DNA of 64,000 bases from an uncultured Verrucomicrobiae bacterium (GCA_963707025.1 CAVPOM010000003.1:256001-320000), one strand, 5' to 3'; counted from the first letter of the stretch, positions 46,567 through 57,253 are shown. Notes: generated from the sequence alone by a model not told the origin. A program made the numbers and translations.

Positions 46567-47271
46567 TCAGTATTTTGCCTGGGCCACCGCCGCCTTCAAC
46601 TTTTCCAGGGAGAAGCCGGAGGAGCGGCAGAGTGAGATCAGCGTCTCCTCCACCGCCTCGATTTTCGCCGCCGCCTGCGGAATCTGGGCGGCGATCTCCA
46701 GGGGAATGGATTGGACGCCGTGAATGTCGCCGTGCAGCAGATCGCCGGTCTGAATCTTCAAGCCGCCGATCTCCACCGGCCCGCCGATTTCCACGATGTG
46801 GACATAGGCGTGCGAGACCGAAACGCTGCCGGCAAAGAGGGAAAAACCGAGGGCCTCCGCCTCCGGAATGTCGCGCACCGAACCGTTGGTGACGGCTCCA
46901 ACGCAGCCCAGGGCGCGCAGGATGTTGACATGCACCGCGCCGAGCAAGGAGCCAAGCCCCGGGCGCGTGGCGCAGTCCTGCACCACCACCACGCGCGGCG
47001 CGGGGAGGGACAGGATGTACTCCCACCAGTCCGTGCGGTCGGGATAAGGCCCGTCGGCCGTCGGAGGCGACGAACCGCGAATCTGCACGGTGGCGGCGTA
47101 GCCGAGCATGGGCGGAAGGGACGGGAAAAGGCAATGCACCTCGCCGGTCACGAAGCCTTCGTTGCGCAGGCGTTTATGGAAGGTTTCAATGGCGTTGGCC
47201 AGCAGACAGGCGTTGAGTTTGCGCAAGGCTTCCAATTGGTCTTCCGTCAACACTGTTTTCATCGGTTTCAC
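46567..47271 (-). CDS. RraA/HMG-aldolase family protein
   Basis: MLGYAAT, GAVTNGSVRDI, GDLLHGDIHGV. Confidence 0.85.
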   Translation of the reverse strand: MKPMKTVLTEDQLEALRKLNACLLANAIETFHKRLRNEGFVTGEVHCLFPSLPPMLGYAATVQIRGSSPPTADGPYPDRTDWWEYILSLPAPRVVVVQDCATRPGLGSLLGAVHVNILRALGCVGAVTNGSVRDIPEAEALGFSLFAGSVSVSHAYVHIVEIGGPVEIGGLKIQTGDLLHGDIHGVQSIPLEIAAQIPQAAAKIEAVEETLISLCRSSGFSLEKLKAAVAQAKY

Positions 47272-47298
47272 ATTATCCTTTCCGCTTCACTTGGGCCG

Positions 47299-48489
47299 TC
47301 ATTGCAGCACCGGCTCCTGCCAGGGTTTGGTCTCCACTTTTTCGCCGGCGCGGACCAAGGTGCGCCCGCCAATCATGACCAACTCCCCCTCGTTGAGGCC
47401 GGATGTGACTTCGCAGCGCGTGGGCGTTTCCAGTCCAATGGTGACGGTGCGGGTCTCAATTTCATGGCTGGCGTTGACCACATAAACGGTGTCGGTAACC
47501 CCAAGGGACACGGCTTGGATGGGAATGGAAAGGGCGTGCGGGCTCTCATCCAATTTGAAGGCGGCGGCGGCGTACATGCCCGGCACCAATTCCAAGGTAG
47601 GATTGGGCACTTCGATTTCAGTGATCATCGTTCGGGTGTCGTGATTGACCCTGCTGGTGAAACGTGAAACCTCGCCCGTGAAGAGTTTGTTGCCCAAGGA
47701 TTGCACCCGCACCGCCACCTTGTCCCTCAAGTGAATGAATCTAACGTCGTCCACGGAGACGGGAAAATCCAGGCGGAGCCGGTAATTGTCCGACACGCGC
47801 ACCAGCGGCCGGGCCTGGGTGTCCGAAGAGGTGCCGGCCTGAATGAGCGCGCCAGGGTCGGCATACCTCATGGTGACGACGCCATCAAAGGGCGCGATGA
47901 TTTGCGTGTAGTCCACCAGCGTTCGATATTTCTCCACGTCCGCCTTGGCGGAGGCCAGGGCGGCGGCAGTGGCCATGTCCTTGGCTTCGGCGGTATCAAT
48001 ATCCTGCTGGGCGACGAGATTGGAATGCTCCACGTTGACCCCGTCCAGCCGGGTAAAGATCAGATGGGCATTGGTGTATTCGGCTTCGGTCCGCTGTTGC
48101 GCGGCCCTGGCTGCGTCCAGTTCGGCGTGTAATTCTGGAACCTCCAGCGAGGCCAATAGCTGCCCCTTCTTGACCTTGTCCCCAAAATCCACGTTCATGT
48201 TGGTCACATAACCGGAGACCTTGGCGTTCAATTCCACCTCGACGTACGGACGGAATTCGGCGGCGATGGTCACTTCATTGTAAAGGTCTTCACGGTCCAC
48301 CTTCGCCACTGCCACCAGGGGCGACAGGGTGTCCGGCGAATCGGATGTTGCTTGATGGTGTTTGCGCACATAAAGCCAAAGACCACCGATCATGATCCCC
48401 ACCGCCAGCAGCGGCCAGATCAGGCCGAGCCGCCGGGGCGGGGCGGCGGACGGCTGGGGGTCGGACGAGATAACAGTTTCTGATTCCAT
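47299..48489 (-). CDS. RND periplasmic adaptor (MFP)
   Basis: TM anchor, AKVSGYV, IIAPFDGVVT, LVPGMYA. Confidence 0.9.
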   Translation of the reverse strand: MESETVISSDPQPSAAPPRRLGLIWPLLAVGIMIGGLWLYVRKHHQATSDSPDTLSPLVAVAKVDREDLYNEVTIAAEFRPYVEVELNAKVSGYVTNMNVDFGDKVKKGQLLASLEVPELHAELDAARAAQQRTEAEYTNAHLIFTRLDGVNVEHSNLVAQQDIDTAEAKDMATAAALASAKADVEKYRTLVDYTQIIAPFDGVVTMRYADPGALIQAGTSSDTQARPLVRVSDNYRLRLDFPVSVDDVRFIHLRDKVAVRVQSLGNKLFTGEVSRFTSRVNHDTRTMITEIEVPNPTLELVPGMYAAAAFKLDESPHALSIPIQAVSLGVTDTVYVVNASHEIETRTVTIGLETPTRCEVTSGLNEGELVMIGGRTLVRAGEKVETKPWQEPVLQ

Positions 48490-48494
48490 AACAT

Positions 48495-49910
48495 TTATTT
48501 AGTGGCTGGGGATGAGAGGGGCAGTTCCACACGGAAGCAGCTTCCTTTCCCCTCCACGCTTTCCACTTCCACCTTGCCGCCATGCGCGGCGCAAATGGAT
48601 TTGACGATGGCCAGGCCCAAGCCGGCTCCGCCCGCGTCGCGGGAGCGCGCTTTGTCCACGCGAAAAAAGCGCTCGAAAAGGTGCGGCAAAGCGCCGGCCG
48701 GAATGCCCATGCCCGTGTCCGCCACTTCCAGGACGGCCTTGCCGCCGCGGGCGTGAACATTGAGGCTGATGGAACCGCCTGCCGGGGTGTATTTGATGGC
48801 GTTGTCCAGGAGATTGACGACCACTTGTTTGATGCGGGACCGGTCGCCATCCACGCTGACTTTGCCCTCCACATTGCAGGCCACGGCAACGCCTTTATCC
48901 TCTGCCAGCAAAGACATCTGCTCGGTCGTGCTGGCGGCCAGCGGGGCCAGGTCAAATCGTTCCCACGGTTGCTGCGACTCCCCGGCGTCGAGACGGGAAA
49001 TGGCAAAAAGGGCGTCCACAATTTTCGCCAGACGATCCACCTCCTCCAACACACTCCCCGCCCGGTCGCTCAATTCCGGCAAGGTTTGAGCTTGTGCGAC
49101 CACACTTTCCATTTCGCCGCGCAACGCCGCCAGCGGCGTGCGCAACTCATGCGAGGCGTCGGCGAGAAAGCGGCGGTTTTGTTCCAACGCCTCATTCAAC
49201 CGGACGATCATGCGGTTCAGCGCCAGCGACAAGTGCTCCAGCTCATCTCCGGTCCGGGTCACCGGCAGTCGCTCCTCCAGATTATGCAGGGTGATTTGTT
49301 CGGCGCTCCGCGCCATTTGCACCACCGGCGCCAGGGCGCGGCCCACCAGAAAAAGGCCCCCGCCCACCGCCACCAGGCCCAAGAGGGGCACGCCGAGCAG
49401 GAGCGAGAACAGCAAATGCGACAAGATCGTGTCAATCGGCGCCATCGGCCCGCCACTCTCGATGAGGAACCGATGCCCGTCGCTGGATTGAAAATTCTTG
49501 ACCGCCACCAACAGGCGGCCGCCGTCTTCCAGCAGCGCCTTTTGCACGAAGTCGCCATGAACCGCGTTGACCGCCAAGGGCCGCAATCCGGTTGGATCAA
49601 AACTCGCGGTCCGGCCCGAGGCGTAGAGGATGCTTCCGTCCTGGCGGGTAATGCGAATAAACCGGTCGTAGTTTTCCGGCGCATAGCGGGCGGTGATCTG
49701 ATCGGCCACATAACGCGCCCCGGCGTCATCGGCGCCGTCCAGGAGGGAGAGAGCGATCTGATCGGAGCGACGGGTCAGCGTCTGGGCCAGGCTATGCTCC
49801 AAATAACCCCGCAGGACTTGGTACAAAGCGATGCCGAAGAGCAGGAACACCCCGGTGAGCAAACCGGCGTACCACATGATGAGGCGAAAGCGAATGGAAC
49901 GGGGATTCAT
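48495..49910 (-). CDS. HAMP sensor histidine kinase (CusS-like)
   Basis: FLADASHELRTP, NLLDNAIKYT, DTGMGI, GAGLGLAIV. Confidence 0.95.
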   Translation of the reverse strand: MNPRSIRFRLIMWYAGLLTGVFLLFGIALYQVLRGYLEHSLAQTLTRRSDQIALSLLDGADDAGARYVADQITARYAPENYDRFIRITRQDGSILYASGRTASFDPTGLRPLAVNAVHGDFVQKALLEDGGRLLVAVKNFQSSDGHRFLIESGGPMAPIDTILSHLLFSLLLGVPLLGLVAVGGGLFLVGRALAPVVQMARSAEQITLHNLEERLPVTRTGDELEHLSLALNRMIVRLNEALEQNRRFLADASHELRTPLAALRGEMESVVAQAQTLPELSDRAGSVLEEVDRLAKIVDALFAISRLDAGESQQPWERFDLAPLAASTTEQMSLLAEDKGVAVACNVEGKVSVDGDRSRIKQVVVNLLDNAIKYTPAGGSISLNVHARGGKAVLEVADTGMGIPAGALPHLFERFFRVDKARSRDAGGAGLGLAIVKSICAAHGGKVEVESVEGKGSCFRVELPLSSPATK

Positions 49911-50586
49911 GGCTCGGCCTCGTCGCTGATGGAGTAACCGACCCCCCGCACGGTGCGGATCAGTTTTTTCGGATTCGGATCATCCACCTTGCTGCGCAAA
50001 TGGCGCACATAGACATCCACGATGTTGGTCAAGCCTTGGAAACTTTCGTCCCAAACGTGTTCAATGATCATGGTGCGGGACAGGACTCTGCCGGCATTGG
50101 CGGCCAGATATTCCAGGAGGCTGTATTCCTTGGGGGTCAGCTCAACGCGTTTGCCGGCCCGTTTTGCCTGCTGCCTTTGGCGGTCAATTTCCAAATCACC
50201 CAGCCGCAGAATGCTGGACCGGTCCGGCGAGCCGCGGCGCAAGAGCGCCTTGACCCGAACCAGCAATTCATCAAAAGCGAAGGGTTTGGTCAGATAGTCA
50301 TCGGCCCCCGCCTCGAAATTCTCCACCTTCTCCGCCGTGCCGGCGCGCGCCGTCAGCACCAAAACCGGCACCGTGGAGCCTGCCGCCGGATGCGTTTCAG
50401 AACCTCGTTCCCGCTCAGGCTGGGCAGCATCAGATCCAGCACCACCAGATCGTAATGGCAGGTGCTGGCCATGTCCCAACCGGCCTGGCCGTCGTTGGCC
50501 ACGTCCACGGCGAATCGTTGGTCCCGCAAACCTCGCGCCACAAACTCCGCCACCTTCCGCTCGTCTTCTATTACTAGAATTCTCAT
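49907..50586 (-). CDS. OmpR-family response regulator; one-base deletion near 50380
   Basis: MRILVIEDE, LDLMLP, GADDYLTKPF, IRTVRGVGY. Confidence 0.9.
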
Positions 50587-50612
50587 TGCTTCCGGTCTAT
50601 CAGACAGGATCA

Positions 50613-50642
50613 ACATTAAAGTTCGGTGAAGGACACATTAAA
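50613..50642 (-). promoter_or_regulatory. Possible autoregulatory operator (direct repeat ACATTAAA, 22-bp period)
   Basis: ACATTAAA at 50613 and 50635, just upstream of the response regulator. Confidence 0.35.
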
Positions 50643-51002
50643 ATTCATTCAGAATTCCCATTTGCCTGGATCGGCCTCAGCTCCCCCCATCCCGCCCGCC
50701 AGGTCCGCGGATGGCAAATTGCGGATTTGAAGAGACCTGTCGCCGCCGTGCTCCATCCCCAATTCGCAACCGGCCACGTGCCTTGGGCGGGAAAACTGAA
50801 CCATTCCGCATTGCCGTGCCAGGCCCTGCCGGCGGCGGGCCGGGCGGGGGACACGGTTTGGCAAAAGCGAGCTGCACAAATCCGATGTCCCTGTGAGCGC
50901 GCAATCATTGCCGGCGGGGAGGCCACGGGGTCGCGGGCCAGGCAAAGATTATTTGCGTGGTCTCGATTTCGAGCCGCCGGATGCCCTGTGGAAAGGCCTT
51001 AA

Positions 51003-51491
51003 TCAGGCCCCCTTGGCCGCAGCCATTTTGGAGCAGGCTTCGTCCATCCGCTTCTTCATTTCTTGCGGCGGCACGTCCTCGATGTGGGTCATCAAGGTCC
51101 AAACATGGCCGAAGGGATCCACCAGGGTGCCCGCCCGCTCGCCATAGAACTTGTTTTCGAGCGGTTGCTTGACGGTGGTGCCGGCAGCCACGGCGCGTTG
51201 GAAGGCCGCGTCAACGTCCGCCAGGTAAATCAGCAAAGAAACGGCCGTGCCATGGAGCGTCTGGGGGGACTGGCCGCAGCCCGGAAATTCGTCCGCCAGC
51301 ATCAAGATGGAATTTCCGATGGTCACTTCCGCATGGCCGAGGGTCTTGCCATCAGGGCCGGGCATGTGGAATCGTTCCTTTGCGCCGAAGGCGCGTTTGT
51401 AAAAGTCAATGGCCTGGGCTGCGCCTTTGACCGTCAAATAAGGGGTCAACGTATGGAATCCGTCCGGAATGGGTTTTACTTTGGCATTCAT
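51003..51491 (-). CDS. VOC/PhnB-family protein
   Basis: KPIPDGFHTLTPYL, AIDFYKRAFGA, FYGERAGTLVDPFGHVW. Confidence 0.9.
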   Translation of the reverse strand: MNAKVKPIPDGFHTLTPYLTVKGAAQAIDFYKRAFGAKERFHMPGPDGKTLGHAEVTIGNSILMLADEFPGCGQSPQTLHGTAVSLLIYLADVDAAFQRAVAAGTTVKQPLENKFYGERAGTLVDPFGHVWTLMTHIEDVPPQEMKKRMDEACSKMAAAKGA

Positions 51492-51640
51492 AATCAACTG
51501 TTTTCTCTGCTGTTTTGACTGCACCACTAATCTTGACTCTCCGGCTCGAACTGTCAAGTGGCGGCTGGGTGACAAGAAGCGGGAGCCGCCACCTTCATCA
51601 CCCCTGCGCTGGCATGAACCGGCCCGGTTCCCGGCTTTTG

Positions 51641-52468
51641 CTAAAGGAGGTAGCCAGTGAACAGGCCGGCGAAAATCAGGGCCGCCAGGAGGATGCGATA
51701 GCAGCCGAAGGCGACAAAGGTGTGGGTCTGAACATAACGCAGGAACCATTTCACGACGATGAATGAAACCACCGCCGCCACGATGGAGGCGATCCAAACC
51801 ATCGTCCAGTTCTCCTGGACCTGCACAACCGGGTGGTGGAAGGCCTTGAAAATCTTGTAGCCGCCGGCCGCCATCATCGTCGGGATGCCGGCGAGGAATG
51901 AAAATTCCGTCGCCAAGGGGCGGTTCAAACCCAAAATCAGGGCGAGCAGTATGGTCGTGCCAGAGCGCGAGCTGCCCGGGAAGACAGCGGCGATCAGTTG
52001 TCCGATCCCCACCGCCGCCGCCACGGTCCAGGTGATGGAGGCGAGGGAGGAGCCGGGTTCCTTTTTTCTTTTTGACAGCCATCCTTCCACCAGGAGAAAG
52101 AGCACGCCGCCGATGAGCAGGGCGGAGGCCACGGGCTGGAGTGTCTCGGGAAGTTTGAAGTTGGTTTTTTCGAGGAGGAAGCCGCCCACGCCGGTGATGA
52201 CAAAGGCGGCGGTGATTTTGATGAAATAACTCAACACGTCCGGGTCGCGCCAGCGAAAGATGAATTGATGGAACCGCTGGCGAAAGAGCGGAATGACCGC
52301 CAAAACCGCGCCGCATTGGATGACCACGTTGAACAGGTCGTGGTCGGTCTGTGGCGGCAAGGGAAACCAGTGTTCGGCAATGAGCAGGTGGCCGGTGGAG
52401 GAGACGGGAAGGAACTCGGTGATTCCCTCGACCACCCCGAGGACGACGGCGGTAAATGGGTCGGTCAT
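51641..52468 (-). CDS. uppP: Undecaprenyl-diphosphate phosphatase
   Basis: LGVVEGITEFLPVSSTGH, PGSSRSGTT, ATEFSFL. Confidence 0.95.
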   Translation of the reverse strand: MTDPFTAVVLGVVEGITEFLPVSSTGHLLIAEHWFPLPPQTDHDLFNVVIQCGAVLAVIPLFRQRFHQFIFRWRDPDVLSYFIKITAAFVITGVGGFLLEKTNFKLPETLQPVASALLIGGVLFLLVEGWLSKRKKEPGSSLASITWTVAAAVGIGQLIAAVFPGSSRSGTTILLALILGLNRPLATEFSFLAGIPTMMAAGGYKIFKAFHHPVVQVQENWTMVWIASIVAAVVSFIVVKWFLRYVQTHTFVAFGCYRILLAALIFAGLFTGYLL

Positions 52469-52498
52469 GCTTTTTGGGGTGAAAGGCCGCGGGAGGGA

Positions 52499-52903
52499 TC
52501 AGCTTTTTTTCTTGAACATGGAGGTGATGAAATTCTGGCCTTCGACCTCCCGCTGCTTGACCTTGACCTGGCCGAGCAGCGCCTGGAATCCGACGTAGAT
52601 TTTATGCCACTGGTTTTCCAAGGCGCGCAGGGCGCCCTCGTTGCTCTCGCTCAGATACCGCAGCGAGGGCGCGGCGGAGACAAAGGCGTAAATCTCTTCG
52701 CGCGACGGAGAGGTGAATTCAATGGCGGCGCTGATCAACTCCACCTCCTGCACCACGATGGCTTTGACTTCCAGAAACTGGTTTTCATCCTCGGCGGTGA
52801 ATTTTTTGCCGCGGGCCAGGTTGATGAAGTTGTTGAGGATCTTCCAGCACTCCACAAAGTGTTCCAGTTGGGTGACGAGCTGGTCCAATTTTTGATTTTT
52901 CAT
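52499..52903 (-). CDS. Helical hypothetical protein
   Basis: 134-aa ORF overlapping its upstream neighbour in an apparent operon. Confidence 0.75.
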   Translation of the reverse strand: MKNQKLDQLVTQLEHFVECWKILNNFINLARGKKFTAEDENQFLEVKAIVVQEVELISAAIEFTSPSREEIYAFVSAAPSLRYLSESNEGALRALENQWHKIYVGFQALLGQVKVKQREVEGQNFITSMFKKKS

Positions 52904-53232
52904 AACACAGATTTCACTAATTCGTCGGCAGGGCGCAGGGGCTGCCCCGCCGGCTTGGGCGAAAGAAAAATGATGGCCCCCCCGCGCATGGCACGGGCGG
53001 TAATGCGAAACGCCTCATAATGCACCCGCAATTCGGCAAAGGGCAGGCGGACGCCGGAGGCGCCTTTGAAAATGGTCAAAATCTGCCGGCCGATCTGCAC
53101 GACCCAATCCTCCGGAACCCATTGGGGCATGGTCGAGCTGACCAGGTTCCCTTGCGCATCCACGGTGAACGCCCCGCTGGGAAGCCGGTGCAGGCCGGAT
53201 TTGCCGGCGCCTGATTTTGTCAGGAAACCCAT
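52900..53232 (-). CDS. Hypothetical protein, possibly roadblock/longin-like
   Basis: GAFTVDAQGNLVSSTM followed by helix and beta-hairpin pattern. Confidence 0.6.
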   Translation of the reverse strand: MGFLTKSGAGKSGLHRLPSGAFTVDAQGNLVSSTMPQWVPEDWVVQIGRQILTIFKGASGVRLPFAELRVHYEAFRITARAMRGGAIIFLSPKPAGQPLRPADELVKSVL

Positions 53233-54308
53233 TTGTCAAAAACGTGTTTCATGGTCTGTTCCACTTGTTCGGCGCTCAAGGCGGGCCGGAACCCGACACA
53301 GAGCAGCCCTTTTCGCTCGTGGGCATCCAAGGCCCAATGTTCCTGATAGCCGAAGCCAAGGGCGCCGACAAAGGCGCCCGCGCGCAGGCCTTCGCCCAAT
53401 TGGGTCAGCCGGAGATGGGCGTCCCGCGCCCAATTGGCCACGTCCATGGAGTTTTCCAGGCTCCAGGAATCCACCGGCGCCCTGGCATCCAGCGGAATGG
53501 CCAGGACAAAGCCCACCCCTTCAAAGCGGCCCAGCGCGGCCAGACCGATGGGGACGCCGCCGGTGGTTTGGCTGCCCGCCTCCGGCCCGGCGCCAGCGGC
53601 CGGCCCTTTGGATTCGTCCAGCGCTTGGGCCGTGTCGAGCAGCAGGCCCTGGGAGGAAATGTTGATGGTGCGGGCGCGGCTGGGATCGGCAGGAAGTATT
53701 TCAAAATTGCCGCTTTTCCATGACAAAATCTCCTTGAAGGCCTCCTCCCCGGTCAGGCTGGCGGTGGCCGCATCCATAATTTCACCGTTCTGAATCCAGA
53801 TTTTGCCATGGAGACCGCCGCGCATGATGTTGAGGATGGAGGAACTGCGCGACAAACATTCCAACTGGATCAGGTCCACCAGGCTCTTGTTTTGCACCCC
53901 GCGGAAACCCTCCGCCATTTGGGTGGGGCGGTCGAGCATGGATTCGATGCAGTCCTGGAACAACTGAATATCCTCGGCGCTGTTCGGCTTCTGCCAGAAC
54001 ATCTCCACCCCCTGGGCGTAAGCCCGCGAGCGGTATTCCTCGTCGGGCACGGCGGTGAGCACGACAATCCGCAAGAGCGGGAATTTTCGGCGCACGATGG
54101 CCAGGACCTGCAGCCCGTCCATCTTGGGCATGCGCAAATCGGTAATGAGCAGGGTGAACGGCTCTGAATCGAGCATGGCAATGGCCCGCGCGCCGGCATT
54201 GCAAACCTGCACCTCCGGATGGCTGGGAATTTGCTCGATCAAGGCCTGATAAAGCTCCAGCATTTGCTCATCATCATCGAGCAAGAGAATTTTATTTTGC
54301 GCCGGCAT
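53220..54308 (-). CDS. Response regulator with DUF4388/PATAN-like domain
   Basis: KILLLDDD, ITDLRMPKMDG; GFRGVQNKSLVDLIQLECL...GKIWIQNGEIMDA...GEEAFKEILSWKSGNF. Confidence 0.85.
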   Translation of the reverse strand: MPAQNKILLLDDDEQMLELYQALIEQIPSHPEVQVCNAGARAIAMLDSEPFTLLITDLRMPKMDGLQVLAIVRRKFPLLRIVVLTAVPDEEYRSRAYAQGVEMFWQKPNSAEDIQLFQDCIESMLDRPTQMAEGFRGVQNKSLVDLIQLECLSRSSSILNIMRGGLHGKIWIQNGEIMDAATASLTGEEAFKEILSWKSGNFEILPADPSRARTINISSQGLLLDTAQALDESKGPAAGAGPEAGSQTTGGVPIGLAALGRFEGVGFVLAIPLDARAPVDSWSLENSMDVANWARDAHLRLTQLGEGLRAGAFVGALGFGYQEHWALDAHERKGLLCVGFRPALSAEQVEQTMKHVFDKWVS

Positions 54309-54415
54309 AGTCTGGGGCGAACATAAACCCAACCCGGCCCCGCATGCAAGCCGGGTTAATGTCCCCAACTCACCCGCCACCGTGACCACCCCCGCCATTC
54401 ATCATTTTGCGTTTA

Positions 54416-55072
54416 TCATGGCGCCCGGTCCATGGGTGCGCCGGTCCCGCGCCCCGCTCCAAGCGGCATCGCCCGATACGCCGCCCGCAAAGTCTGGATG
54501 CCTTTCTGATTGAAATCGCGTTCAAAGTCAGTCACCAGCGCGGCGAGCGCAGCCGGGGTGTCGGTCTCTTGAAAAAATGGGGCTGCGCCGAAGACCTCCC
54601 GCATTTGCGCGAAATAATCGGCGTCGTCGGTGCGCAGCCAGACCACGCCGCCGGGGACGAGCGCCTGCCGGGCGGATTTGGCAAAAGGCGGGTTGATCAG
54701 CCGGTGTTTGCGATGTTTGCGTTTGGGCCACGGATCGGGGAAGTAAACGTGAATGGCCTGGGCCGAGTTTTCCGGCAGGAGATACTGCAAAAAATACGCG
54801 GCCTCCATCCGCAGGCAGCGCAAATTGGCCAGGCCGGCCCGCCGCCCTTTGCGGTCCATTTTGCGCAGGCGGCCGAGCAGGCGTTCCACCCCGAGCAGGT
54901 TGATCTGCGGATGCCGCGCCGCGTAGTCCACCAGGAAGGTGCCGTCGCCGCTGCCCAATTCCACCTCCACCGGTTGAAGGCGCGGAAACAAACCGGGCAG
55001 GTCCAGCCTCTCCACAATGCCGGCAGGCTGGTGGATCAGGCTGGCTGGCGGCGGTGTCAGGGCTTGGGCCAT
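54416..55072 (-). CDS. trmB: tRNA (guanine-N7)-methyltransferase
   Basis: VELGSGDG, YFPDPWPKRKHRKHRL, LRTDDADY, TDFE. Confidence 0.92.
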   Translation of the reverse strand: MAQALTPPPASLIHQPAGIVERLDLPGLFPRLQPVEVELGSGDGTFLVDYAARHPQINLLGVERLLGRLRKMDRKGRRAGLANLRCLRMEAAYFLQYLLPENSAQAIHVYFPDPWPKRKHRKHRLINPPFAKSARQALVPGGVVWLRTDDADYFAQMREVFGAAPFFQETDTPAALAALVTDFERDFNQKGIQTLRAAYRAMPLGAGRGTGAPMDRAP

Positions 55073-55165
55073 GAGTTTTATGAGCGGTTGATCATCAAAA
55101 CAATGACTTGTGCTATAGAGCGGGAATGGGTTAGAAACAATAGCGAAAGGGCTTTGCTCTCTGGA

Positions 55166-56146
55166 ATGAACAGAATGGTGTGCAAGTTAATTGATCGCTG
55201 GGTGATTCGTGCCGCCGCCTCCCGCCTGCCCCGGCCGACCGGAGCCGACCCTCATTGGGAGCAAGCCCAGCGCCTCATGGAGTCCCCGGATTTTTTCGCG
55301 GAAAGGACGCCGCCGGCGGCGATTTCCTTCACCGGCGGGAAGAATTTCCAATTTCCTTCGCCGGTCGTCACGGCCTCCCCGGAAAACAACCTGGTGACGG
55401 GGCGCATCTCGCGTTGCGGCAAGCATTGGCGGAAGAGGCCGGCGGTGGTGCTCTTGCATGGCTGGAACGACCGCTGGGGTTATGGCTACCGCTTCCCCTG
55501 GCTGGCCCGGCGCTTTAACCGCCGCGGCATCAACTCGGTCATGTTTGAGTTGCCCTATCATTTCCAGCGCCGGCCGCGCCAGGGCGTGGTGCGCAATTTT
55601 ATTTCCGAGGACCTCGGTCGGACGATGGAGGCGGCCCATCAGGCGCTGGCGGAAACCAACTCGGTGGTCAACTGGCTGTTGGAACAAGGCTGTCCGCGGG
55701 TGTCGTTGCTGGGCCTGTCGTTGGGGGCGTGGATGGCCGGATTGGTGGCCTGCCATAATTCCAGGATTGCCTGCGCCGTTTTAATCACGCCGGTTTCGCG
55801 CATGGATCGGATGATTGACGAGATGGCCTTCTGCCAGCCGATCCGGGAGGCGCTGCTAACGAAGCCGCTGGACTTGACCCGCTTGAATCTGGCCTTCCAC
55901 AAACCCAAATTGACCCGCGGGTTTATTTTGGTGGTGGAGGCCGAGCACGATGTCTTCGTGCCGGCGGATACCACCCAGGAACTTTGGCAGGCCTGGGGCA
56001 ATCCTGAGCTTTGGAGCCTGCCCTACGGCCACATCACCGTGTTGGGTTCTTCCAGCCTGTTCAAGCGGGCCAGCAAGTGGATTAGCCAGCGCATGAGAAT
56101 TCCCGATGCGGCTCAGGAAGGCATCCGCCCGGACTACACTGTGTAG
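55166..56146 (+). CDS. Alpha/beta hydrolase
   Basis: VVLLHGW, LPYHFQRRP, GLSLG nucleophile elbow, HDVFVP, YGH. Confidence 0.8.
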   Translation: MNRMVCKLIDRWVIRAAASRLPRPTGADPHWEQAQRLMESPDFFAERTPPAAISFTGGKNFQFPSPVVTASPENNLVTGRISRCGKHWRKRPAVVLLHGWNDRWGYGYRFPWLARRFNRRGINSVMFELPYHFQRRPRQGVVRNFISEDLGRTMEAAHQALAETNSVVNWLLEQGCPRVSLLGLSLGAWMAGLVACHNSRIACAVLITPVSRMDRMIDEMAFCQPIREALLTKPLDLTRLNLAFHKPKLTRGFILVVEAEHDVFVPADTTQELWQAWGNPELWSLPYGHITVLGSSSLFKRASKWISQRMRIPDAAQEGIRPDYTV

Positions 56147-56244
56147 TCAACGGGTCCAGGATGACCAACAGCGGTTTCTGCTCGTAATCCTAATCTTAAT
56201 CTTAATCCTAATCTTATTCTTATTCTTGCCTTGGGGAAGGAGAT

Positions 56245-57253
56245 TAGAGCGTTTCCATAAATGATATAGCTTGACTGGGGCGAGAGGGCTGGCAGGCTTG
56301 AGCCATGCGAGCGATACCCGTGTCTGCGCGCGAGCGCATCCTGCAACTCTATGAACAAGGCAAAAGCACCCGCGAGATCGCGGACTTTTTCGGCTTTTGC
56401 GTGGCGGCGGTGCGCCGGGTCCGGCAGCAGTTCCAAGAGCGCGGCACGCTCCAGCCGCAAACCCATTTGTGCGGGCGCAAAACGCTGCTGAACGCCGGAC
56501 GCCAGGCTCGCCTGCAAAAGCTGGTGGCGGCCCAGCCCGACGCGACGTTGGCCGAGTTGGGGGCGCGTCTGGACCGCCCTTTCGGGACCTCCACTGTGGA
56601 TTTGTGGCTGCGCAAACTGGGGTTGAGCTATAAAAAAAACGCTCTGCGCCGCCGAGCAGAACCGTCCGGAACGTGGCCGAAAAGCGGGCCCATTGGCATG
56701 AGCGTCTGGCAAGTGACCCACCTGCCCGACTGGTCTTCGTGGATGAAAGCGGGGCCAACACCAAGATGACCCGTTTTTGCGGGCGGTCACCCGTGGGCCG
56801 AAGACTGGCGGCCCACGTCCCGCAGGGACATTATCAGACCACCACCCTGGTCTGCGCCATTCGTCTGGCCGGGCCTGCGGCCCCCTGCCTCTTTGAGGGG
56901 GCCATGGACGGGGAAATGTTTTTGGCCTGGATCCAGCAGGGGCTGGTGGTGGAGTTGCGCAAGGGTGACTTGGTCATCATGGACAACTTGGCCACGCATA
57001 AGGTGACCGGAGTCCGCCAAGCCATCGAAGAGGCCGGGGCAACGCTGCTGTATCTGCCGCCCTATTCGCCAGACTTTAATCCCATCGAAAATATGTGGAG
57101 CAAGGTCAAACAAATTATGCGAGGTCTCGCGCCGCGAACCGCCAAGGAACTGCTCCAAGCGGCGAAGATTGCCTTTGAAGCCATCTCCACCGCCGATTGC
57201 CGGGGCTTCTTTTTAAACGCCCGCTACGCTACATGATTTATGGAAATGCTCTA
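56245..57253 (+). mobile_element. IS630-family insertion sequence, copy 2
   Basis: Near-identical to 34784-35791; TA duplicated; one extra A near 56670. Confidence 0.95.
56305..57236 (+). CDS. IS630 transposase (frameshifted ORF pair)
   Basis: Same protein as copy 1. Confidence 0.9.
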
